Source of the DNA: Thermoplasmata archaeon
GTDB taxonomy: Archaea; Thermoplasmatota; E2; JACPAO01; JAHFTW01
DNA length: 64,000 bases
Direction: 5' to 3'
Assembly (NCBI GenBank): GCA_034667725.1
Contig: JAXDQS010000001.1
Location: forward strand, 303,846 to 367,845
Shown: piece by piece, positions 57,047 to 64,000 of the stretch
Position numbering within the stretch: the first letter of the stretch is position 1
Layout of the letters: each line of letters begins with the position of its first letter
Program-made: the position numbers and the translations under genes
Notes under the pieces: model-generated
The model's input: the letters and a program-made list of their open reading frames with translations, nothing else
Databases searched by the model: none
Told to the model about the DNA's origin: nothing

Positions 57047-58609
57047 CTACAAGGAAGTTTGCGGGGGTTCTGGGGCGAAAGGCGAAACCCTGGAAGGGAT
57101 ACGGGGAGGGGAATGAAATGACCGGGGGGGTGCTGCGACCTGGTACACCTTGTAGCGCCCATGCTCGACGACCTGCAGCAGCCCGTCCTGCACCAGCCGG
57201 CGCAGCCGATGCTGCGTCGTGCTGCGGCTCCAGCCCTGCGCCTCCCACGCCGCCAGGATGTCCTTCTGCGGCCGCGGCCCGCTCGCCTGCATCCACTCAT
57301 GCAGCTGCCGCAACGAGGCGTCCCGCAGCAGCCCCACCTGCGCCCACGTCGCCTCGTACTTGCCATGGTTCTCGAAGAAGCGCAGCAGGTTGTGGTGCGA
57401 CTTCTCCACCACCAGGCCCGCCCGCACCAGGACCGTGAGGTGGTAGCGCGCCGTCCCCGCCGCGACCTGGCTCCGCCGCACCAGCTCGCGGAACGGGATC
57501 CCCGGGTTCTGGAGGATGGCCTCGTACAGCCCGCGCCGGTTCTCGTTCTCCAACGCCTTCTCCTTCGAGAACCGGGTGAACAGCCCCAGGGCCAGCATCA
57601 CCGAGCCGGCAACGCCGCCGACGACCCCGAGCGCGAACGTCGTCGGCATGGGAAGCCCGGCCAAGGCCCACGGGTCGACGGGGCGCTCGTCCAACCGCGC
57701 CGCCACGAGTTCCCCGCCAAGGCTTGCGCCCAGCGTGCGGCGGTCGCGGAACACCAGGTCGGACAACGCGAGCCGCCCTTGGGCCCATAACGTCCGGTTC
57801 TCCGTCTGGATGCAGCGTGGGCAATCCGCCGGCGGCGCCGCAAGCGGCAGGCGCGCCGTGCCGTTCACTTCGAGGTCCAGCCACGAGCCGCCGACGAACA
57901 GCGCCTGGACGGCCCCCGTGAACGCGCCGCGCTCCATCGTGCCTTCCAGGCCGATGTAGGAGTAGGCGGTGTTCCCGGCCCTCGCCGGCGGCGCATCGAC
58001 GCCGACGCCGTGCCGGCCGCCCGAGGGCAGGCAGCCGCAAGCGGCCTCGAAGCCGAACCACTCGACCTCCTCGACGCCGGCCGCCTGCAGCACGACCTCC
58101 GCGTCGGCGGCGGCAAGGTAGGCCGTCGCCGCGCCCAGGTCGCGGTTCCGCGCCGACGCCTGCGCCTCCGCGTTCATGCCGGCCAGGCCGTACGCCGATG
58201 CGGCGCCGTCGGCCGCGCCCAGGACGCTGGGGCCGCGGAACGCGACCGTGAGCTGCTTCGCCTTCAGCCAGAACGCGCCCGCGACCGGCTGGGCTTGGAG
58301 GCGCGTGGCCACGCCGGGAACCTGCTGCGTGGTCTCCGACTCGTCGGGCAGGCCGTGGCTCTCCTGCAGCGAGCCGAGTCGCCAGCCCGCGACGTAGGAA
58401 GTGGTGCGGTTCGTCAGCAGCAGCGGCGTGGAGCCTTGGAGCTCCAGCGCGCCCGCGCCGACGTAGGCGAGCACCCAGCCGCCCTGCACGACGGTGGCGC
58501 CGTCGAGCTGCGCCGGCACCTGGAACGCAACGTCGGATTGGAGGACCACGCCCCCGGACGCCGTGGCGGCGAGGAGCAAGAGGATCAGGAGGGCAGCGGC
58601 GACTCGCAT
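57047..58609 (-). CDS. Membrane-anchored regulator: extracellular domain, TM helix, tandem winged-HTH (COG3398/ArsR-like)
   Basis: Signal peptide, TM 'FALGVVGGVAGSVMLALGLF', 'ALENENRRGLYEAI..NPG', 'GTARYHL', 'SRSTTQHRLRRL..DGLL'. Confidence 0.82.
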   Translation of the reverse strand: MRVAAALLILLLLAATASGGVVLQSDVAFQVPAQLDGATVVQGGWVLAYVGAGALELQGSTPLLLTNRTTSYVAGWRLGSLQESHGLPDESETTQQVPGVATRLQAQPVAGAFWLKAKQLTVAFRGPSVLGAADGAASAYGLAGMNAEAQASARNRDLGAATAYLAAADAEVVLQAAGVEEVEWFGFEAACGCLPSGGRHGVGVDAPPARAGNTAYSYIGLEGTMERGAFTGAVQALFVGGSWLDLEVNGTARLPLAAPPADCPRCIQTENRTLWAQGRLALSDLVFRDRRTLGASLGGELVAARLDERPVDPWALAGLPMPTTFALGVVGGVAGSVMLALGLFTRFSKEKALENENRRGLYEAILQNPGIPFRELVRRSQVAAGTARYHLTVLVRAGLVVEKSHHNLLRFFENHGKYEATWAQVGLLRDASLRQLHEWMQASGPRPQKDILAAWEAQGWSRSTTQHRLRRLVQDGLLQVVEHGRYKVYQVAAPPRSFHSPPRIPSRVSPFAPEPPQTSL

Positions 58610-59376
58610 AGGGCATCCCCGAACTTCGACAGCTTGGCTTCCAGCGTGGAGCGCACCGACAGGCCGCCCTCGCCGACGAACCGCCCGGAGCGCTCGGCGG
58701 CAAGGAGGGGCGGAGCGACTTGGCCGACCACGAGCGGCGCCTGGTACTGCGGCGCGACGCTTCGCTCCTGGAGGTCCAGCAGGTTCACGCCAACCCCTGA
58801 CTGCCAAGCGAAGCGCAGCCGCGTCCCCGTCTCGGCCTCCCCCGCCGTGAGGCTGGGAATCTCCAAGCGGCCCTGGTCCCAGGTCCAAGCCTCTAGGGCC
58901 GTCGCAGGGTCCCGTTGGAAGTCGGCCACCCGGACGGAAACGTTCCACAGGCGCGTCAAGGCCTCCGCGACGGCCGTGTCGTTGGTCCAGACGGCGTGCA
59001 GGACCCGGTAGATGTTCCAGGGGCCTTGCTTGCAGGGTTCCGGCGCATCCACGTCGCCATGGGCCTCGAACATCAGGGCGACCGGCCGTTCCCACCCCGC
59101 GAACGCGATCCGCTTGCATTGGTAGATGGTCATCTCGAGCTCCGTGGCAGGGCCTTGGGACCGGTTCCAGCCCTCGGGCCGGACGCCGGGTCCGGTCCCC
59201 GTTGGATAGTAGGCGCGCGCCACCAGCGAGGTGCAGTCGTTCGCGGCCAGGTCGCCCGCCGGCTCCGCTTTCGGCGGGGCGGAGCGGCCGGCCGGCGGAG
59301 TTGCGTCGAGCATCGGGGAGGCGCATCCTGCCAGAAGCAGGCAGCCCACGGCGAGCATGATCCTAGCAGTCGACAT
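58585..59376 (-). CDS. Hypothetical lipoprotein
   Basis: Lipobox 'LLLAGC'; start may be 59358. Confidence 0.7.
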   Translation of the reverse strand: MSTARIMLAVGCLLLAGCASPMLDATPPAGRSAPPKAEPAGDLAANDCTSLVARAYYPTGTGPGVRPEGWNRSQGPATELEMTIYQCKRIAFAGWERPVALMFEAHGDVDAPEPCKQGPWNIYRVLHAVWTNDTAVAEALTRLWNVSVRVADFQRDPATALEAWTWDQGRLEIPSLTAGEAETGTRLRFAWQSGVGVNLLDLQERSVAPQYQAPLVVGQVAPPLLAAERSGRFVGEGGLSVRSTLEAKLSKFGDALCESPLPS

Positions 59377-59734
59377 TGAAGCTCAAGCCCAGGTGGATTC
59401 GGTAGTCGATGACGCCCAGGATGGTGCCGCTGGCCATGGGCTCGACCGCCAGCATGGAGCCTCGCACCACGCTGTGCCGCGGGTCATAGTACGGGGCGAT
59501 GATCTCCCCAAACCCAGGCACGAACGACTCGCACACTCCCGTGCATTCCCGCCAATGCGAGCAAACCTCGTTCACTTTCTGCCGCACGCAGTCCACTTCG
59601 GGCAGGACGCCCGGCTCGCCGCAGTCTGCCTCCGCCAGCGCCAGGTCGCGGGCAATAGCCTCCAAGAGGTCGTCCGGCTCGGCGGTGGCGGCCGTGGTCG
59701 TGAGCAGGGCAAGCAGGACAAGAAGAACGCGCAT
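59363..59734 (-). CDS. Small secreted Cys-containing hypothetical protein
   Basis: Signal peptide 'MRVLLVLLALLTTTAATA'; overlaps the next gene's start. Confidence 0.6.
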   Translation of the reverse strand: MRVLLVLLALLTTTAATAEPDDLLEAIARDLALAEADCGEPGVLPEVDCVRQKVNEVCSHWRECTGVCESFVPGFGEIIAPYYDPRHSVVRGSMLAVEPMASGTILGVIDYRIHLGLSFNVDC

Positions 59735-59777
59735 GTCGGAATCCTCGGGGTTGCGGCATTTGTGCCGATGCGGCGAC

Positions 59778-59789
59778 GGAATATAATCC
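59778..59789. promoter_or_regulatory. AT-rich near-palindromic TATA element between divergent genes
   Basis: GGAATATAATCC lies between the 59734(-) start and the folD(+) start. Confidence 0.5.
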
Positions 59790-59848
59790 AAGGCAGACAC
59801 TCGTTGGCCTGCCGCCCACCTTTTGTCCATCCTGCTTGTGCCCGCCTC

Positions 59849-60715
59849 GTGCCCGACGCCCGCGCGAAGCCCTTGGACGGGAAGGCGTTGGCCAAGCGCA
59901 TGGAGGGCGTGCTCGCCCGCGAGGTCGCGGCGCTGCGGGAGCGGTTCGGGGCGGTGCCGCGGCTGGAGGTCATCCTGGTGGGCGAGGACGCGGCCTCCAG
60001 GGTCTACGTCAAGCGCAAGGCGGAGGCGTGCCGGCGGGTGGGCATCGAGACGGCCGAGCATCTCCTGCCGGCGCACACCACCGAGACCGAGCTCCTGCAA
60101 CGGGTGGCCTTCCTCAACGCCGACCCGACCGTGTCGGGCATCCTGGTGCAGCTGCCGTTGCCGCCGCACATCGCCAAGGGGCCGGTGCTGACGGCCATCG
60201 CGGTCGGCAAGGACGTGGACGCGTTCCATCCCGAGTCGGTCGGCCACGCCCTCATCGGCGACGAGGCCATGGCCCCCTGCACGCCGCAAGGGATCCTGCT
60301 GCTCCTGGACGAGGCCGGCGTGAAGCTCAAGGGCGCCGAGGTCTGCATCGTCAACCACTCCAACCTCATCGGCAAGCCGCTGGCGGCGATGCTGATCAAC
60401 CGCGACGCCACCGTGACCGTCTGCCACAAGCACACCCGCGACCTGGCCGCGCACACCCGCCGCGCCGACGTGCTCGTGACCGCCACCGGCGTCCCGGGCC
60501 TCATCCGGAAGGAGCACCTCCGCCCCGGCGCCGTCGTGGTGGACGTGGGCATCACGCGGATGCCGGACGGCTCGCTGGCGGGCGACGTCGCGCCGGACGC
60601 CTGGAGCGTTGCCGGCTGGGTGACGCCCGTGCCCGGCGGCGTCGGCCCGATGACCATCGCCGTGCTGCTGCAGAACACGGTGCGCGCGTTCCGGCGCGCC
60701 CACGGCCTGGACTGA
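59849..60715 (+). CDS. folD: Bifunctional methylene-THF dehydrogenase/cyclohydrolase
   Basis: 'LDGKALA', 'YVKRK', 'GILVQLPLP', 'KDVDAFHP', 'PCTPQGI', 'TPVPGGVGPMT'. Confidence 0.96.
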   Translation: MPDARAKPLDGKALAKRMEGVLAREVAALRERFGAVPRLEVILVGEDAASRVYVKRKAEACRRVGIETAEHLLPAHTTETELLQRVAFLNADPTVSGILVQLPLPPHIAKGPVLTAIAVGKDVDAFHPESVGHALIGDEAMAPCTPQGILLLLDEAGVKLKGAEVCIVNHSNLIGKPLAAMLINRDATVTVCHKHTRDLAAHTRRADVLVTATGVPGLIRKEHLRPGAVVVDVGITRMPDGSLAGDVAPDAWSVAGWVTPVPGGVGPMTIAVLLQNTVRAFRRAHGLD

Positions 60716-60871
60716 CGTCGGACGCAAAAGTCTCCTGGCGCCGGGCTGCCCGGAGCCGACCGGCTGCGGCGTCAGGGGCCCTTGCCGTGCCTCCAGCACG
60801 CCTGCGGGCCCCTTCCTTGCAGCCGGCACGCTGCGGATTGCCCGGCGGACAGGATCCGTTTGCGCCCGACT

Positions 60872-61123
60872 CTAACGCAAGAGGGCGTCCAGCTCGCCGC
60901 GCGCGTCCAGCCGGTGCAGGTCGTCGCAGCCGCCCAGGTGGCGGTCGCCGGCGAACACCTGCGGCACCGTGATGCGGCCGCTGCGGCGCTCCATCTCCTC
61001 GCGCGCCCCGGGCACCTCCTCGACGTCCACCTCGGTGAACGGGACGCCCTTGCGGCGCAGCAGGTCCTTGGCGCGCCGGCACGGGCCGCACCAGGAGGTC
61101 GTGTAGACGGTCACGCGGGCCAC
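60872..61123 (-). CDS. Glutaredoxin (GrxC-like)
   Basis: 'VTVYTTSWCGPCRRAK.LL', 'TVPQVF', 'GGCDDL..LD..GELD.LL'. Confidence 0.92.
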   Translation of the reverse strand: MARVTVYTTSWCGPCRRAKDLLRRKGVPFTEVDVEEVPGAREEMERRSGRITVPQVFAGDRHLGGCDDLHRLDARGELDALLR

Positions 61124-61213
61124 GCCCTGGTTCGAGCCGGCCTGGGGCTTGAGCGCTGCGAAACGAGCGGACTCCCCAGAAAACTGATATGGCGCCCCTT
61201 TTGTCGGCCCGCC

Positions 61214-61972
61214 ATGCAGAAGCTCCTGTTCGCCGCCGTGGCCGCCGTCCTGGTGGCGTTCGCCGGCTGCGCCGCCCCTGACCTCGAGGGCACCGTCGAG
61301 CCCAACCGCGCCCACCAGCAGGCCGCGGCGGGCGCCGCCACCGTCGTCTACCAGCCCTTCACGGGCCAGAACGCGGCCGGCGGCCTCCCCGCCCCGCTCA
61401 ACGGCACCCTCCAGTGCGGCCAAGGCAACCTGCCGCCCCAGGTCCCCGCCGACCGCTGCAAGGGCCCCTACACCGACGTCAAGGCCACCTTCAGCGGCCT
61501 CCCCGAGCCGGGCAGCCTCGCCTACACCCTCAAGGTCGTCGGCGTCGCCGAGGCCGTCGGCACCAGCTCGACCGGCGGCAACGTCAGCTTCGCCCACAAC
61601 TACACCACCGACCTCAGCGGCCAGGCCACCGGCCTCCAGCTCTGGCTCGGCGACTTCCTCTACATGACGGGCGCCCCCAACGGCGGCGCGTTCGCCTTCC
61701 CGACCGGCGTCACCGGCGTGACCGTCCAAGGCGCCTTCGTCGGCAGCAACGCCAAGTTCAACGTCGTCGGCCTGCCCCCGTCCAACGAGACCTACATGGG
61801 CCGCCTTTACCTGCCCGGCGCCGCCGACGCGGTCGAGGAGTTCCCGGTCCACAACGGCGACAACGAGCACGTCGCCAAGCGCCCCGCCGCCGAGTACGGC
61901 GAGTTCCACGTCCACCTCGGCGACTCGAAGCTGAACCTCGCCAAGGCCACGTTCCAGGTCAAGGACGAATAG
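61214..61972 (+). CDS. Hypothetical lipoprotein
   Basis: Lipobox 'VAFAGC'; host-like codon usage. Confidence 0.75.
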   Translation: MQKLLFAAVAAVLVAFAGCAAPDLEGTVEPNRAHQQAAAGAATVVYQPFTGQNAAGGLPAPLNGTLQCGQGNLPPQVPADRCKGPYTDVKATFSGLPEPGSLAYTLKVVGVAEAVGTSSTGGNVSFAHNYTTDLSGQATGLQLWLGDFLYMTGAPNGGAFAFPTGVTGVTVQGAFVGSNAKFNVVGLPPSNETYMGRLYLPGAADAVEEFPVHNGDNEHVAKRPAAEYGEFHVHLGDSKLNLAKATFQVKDE

Positions 61973-62049
61973 GCCGCCCCTAGCCGCCCGTTCGGCAGGC
62001 AACGAACCCGCTGCGCGCCCTCATCTACGGCAGCCGGATGGATGCCGTC

Positions 62050-63603
62050 ATGCGTGGCCTCCTCCGGTCTACCCTCCTCGCCGCCCTGCTGCTTGCCAGC
62101 ACGGCGTCCGCCTGCCCCTGCATGGACGCCTTGCCCGCCCTGGAGCATAACCCGGTCGGCGACCCGACCCCCCAGCGCGTCCGGCCGGAGCCGGGATGCC
62201 AGTCCGCCGCCGCCCTCGACGCGACCCCGACCCAAGGCCTCGCCACCGTCTTCCGCGACGGCCCCGGCGCCGCCTGGCTCGGCTGGAACGGCGAAGGCGC
62301 CCTGGCGCGCTCCGCCGACGCCTGGCTGGCCGGCCCCGCGCAGCGGGACGGCGCCCGGCTGGCGGACGCGCGCGCCGACGGCTCGGCCTGGGTCGCGCGC
62401 CTCGGCTTCAAGCCGGGCAGCGCGCCCGCCGGCGCCGACCCGCAAGGCCTCGGGAGCTTCCGCGTCGTGACCGCCATCGTGGACGCCACCGGCACCGCCA
62501 CCCGCGCCGGCCCGGCGCTGGAGGTCGTCGTGGACAACCAAGGCGGCACCGGCTACCCCGTCGCCGGCAGCACCTTCGTCATCCGCGACGACATGCCGCA
62601 CGTGCTCCTGGTCGAGCAGCGCGACGGCCGCGTCCGCGTCCTCCTGGACGGCAACGAGGCCTCCGCCGCGCCCGCCATCGGCGGCCCGGACGAATGCGTC
62701 CTCGTCGGCCTCGCGGGCCCCGCCCCCGGCCGGGCCGCCACCATCCCGGTGCTGGTCTCCGGCTTCACCCTCGGCTCCGCCCGCAACGAGGCCGCCGAGC
62801 AGCTCGCCCGCTACCGCTACGCCGCGCCCCCGGCCCTGCCGCCCGAGCGCGCCGCCCCCGTGGACCCCTGCGCCCTGCCGGACTCGTGCTGCATCACCGA
62901 GGCGATGACCCGCCTCGGCGCCGACAAGGAGTGCGTCGCCGCCTGCACCACCACGGGCCTGGGCGCCGTCGACGCGCCCGGCCCTGCCCGCCCCGGCCTG
63001 CTGGCGGCCCGCGCCCGCCACCCCTGCGTCCTCTGGACCCCCGGCGCCCCCGCGCCCACCACCTGGTGGCGCATGGCGGCCGGCGCCAACGAGACGGCGG
63101 GGCTGGAGCTGCCGGACGCCCGGCTGCTGCGCGGCGGCACCACCGACGAGGTCATGTACGACGACCAAGACCGGACCCAGTTCGGCTGCGACCGCATCGG
63201 CGACGCCATCCTGCTGGAGGTCCGCTACACCGACGCCGAGCTGGCCGCGGCGGGCCTGGCCGAGGCCGACCTCCAGCTGCTCCACTGGGACGGCGAGACG
63301 ACGCGGACGCTGGCGGCCGGCATGGCCGAAGAGACCGCGCTGGGCCTGTTGCGGGTGCAGGAGGCCGGGCACGACTTGGAGAACAACACGGCCTGGGCCC
63401 TCGTCAGCCTCACCGACACCCTCGAAGGCCTGCCGCTCAACAACAACTTCGCCACCGTCCTGCGCAGCGACGGCGCGGTGCTGGGGAACGCCTACGGGCT
63501 CGGCGTGCTGGAGGACCGGGGGACGCCGATGCCGGCGTGGCCGGCCATCGTTGCGCTGGCGGCGTTGGCGCTCCTTCTGGGACGCCGGGGTCGCCGGGCC
63601 TAA
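62050..63603 (+). CDS. Secreted surface protein with C-terminal Pro-TM-basic anchor
   Basis: Signal peptide; ends 'TPMPAWPAIVALAALALLLGRRGRRA'; start may be 62038. Confidence 0.72.
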   Translation: MRGLLRSTLLAALLLASTASACPCMDALPALEHNPVGDPTPQRVRPEPGCQSAAALDATPTQGLATVFRDGPGAAWLGWNGEGALARSADAWLAGPAQRDGARLADARADGSAWVARLGFKPGSAPAGADPQGLGSFRVVTAIVDATGTATRAGPALEVVVDNQGGTGYPVAGSTFVIRDDMPHVLLVEQRDGRVRVLLDGNEASAAPAIGGPDECVLVGLAGPAPGRAATIPVLVSGFTLGSARNEAAEQLARYRYAAPPALPPERAAPVDPCALPDSCCITEAMTRLGADKECVAACTTTGLGAVDAPGPARPGLLAARARHPCVLWTPGAPAPTTWWRMAAGANETAGLELPDARLLRGGTTDEVMYDDQDRTQFGCDRIGDAILLEVRYTDAELAAAGLAEADLQLLHWDGETTRTLAAGMAEETALGLLRVQEAGHDLENNTAWALVSLTDTLEGLPLNNNFATVLRSDGAVLGNAYGLGVLEDRGTPMPAWPAIVALAALALLLGRRGRRA

Positions 63604-63606
63604 GCG

Positions 63607-63615
63607 TTTTATAAT
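63607..63615 (+). promoter_or_regulatory. TATA box of rps12
   Basis: TTTTATAAT immediately after the preceding stop codon. Confidence 0.65.
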
Positions 63616-63738
63616 GGGGGCCTGTCGCCGCTTCGCTCACGCCCTGGCCCAAGGTGTCCCCTTGGCTTGGTCGGCCATGCTTGGCGGCTGGCGCCGACCG
63701 TCCGGTGCGACGAACACTCATCACCTGGAGGAATCCCC

Positions 63739-64000
63739 ATCCCGACCGGCATCAACGCGGCCCGCAAGCTGCAGAAGAACCGCCAGAACGCGCGCTGGAG
63801 CGACCGCTACTACGCGCGCCGCACGCTCCGCCTCAAGCAGAAGTCCGACCCCTTGGGTGGCATCCCGCAAGCCCGCGGCATCGTCACCGAGAAGGTCGGC
63901 ATCGAGGCCAAGCAGCCCAACTCCGCCATCCGCAAGTGCGTCAAGGTCCAGCTCATCCGCAACGGCCGCCAGATCACGGCGTTCGCGGTGGGCGACGGCG
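63739..64000 (+). CDS. rps12: 30S ribosomal protein S12 (archaeal uS12), 3'-truncated by window edge
   Basis: '[17 protein letters not shown]', '[29 protein letters not shown]'; GGAGG at 63727-63731; not listed in the ORF track. Confidence 0.95.
   Translation, partial: MPTGINAARKLQKNRQNARWSDRYYARRTLRLKQKSDPLGGIPQARGIVTEKVGIEAKQPNSAIRKCVKVQLIRNGRQITAFAVGDG

Overview
This is a very GC-rich archaeal chromosome segment. Archaeal markers are rpl21e-rpo4(rpoF)-DUF655, radA, DUF531, DUF54, archaeal-type uS12 and TATA-like promoters. A high-GC Thermoplasmatota-like host is my inference and is not proven. The main feature is a single, translationally coupled 19-gene operon of about 29 kb (1893-31123) encoding an apparently complete extracellular contractile injection system (eCIS; Afp/PVC/MAC-like). 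Its genes encode a sheath, tube, assembly chaperone, Pro/Ala-rich protein, DUF4255/Pvc16 cap, AAA+ ATPase, a 1285-aa DUF4157 protein with an HNH-nuclease motif (candidate toxin cargo), a TPR protein, tube initiator, LysM protein, gp27-like hub, gpV spike, PAAR-like tip, gp25, two baseplate-J proteins, a gpI-like wedge and a DUF6519/beta-helix fibre-like protein. The window has no capsid, terminase, lysis, integrase or T6SS membrane-complex genes. The remainder holds housekeeping genes (sua5, purE, ftsZ, eno, radA, folD, glutaredoxin, rps12), several secreted or lipoprotein genes, a large DUF4332 repeat protein upstream of radA, and a cluster around a six-domain MnxG-like multicopper oxidase. 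All calls come from motif recognition by eye; no database searches were run.
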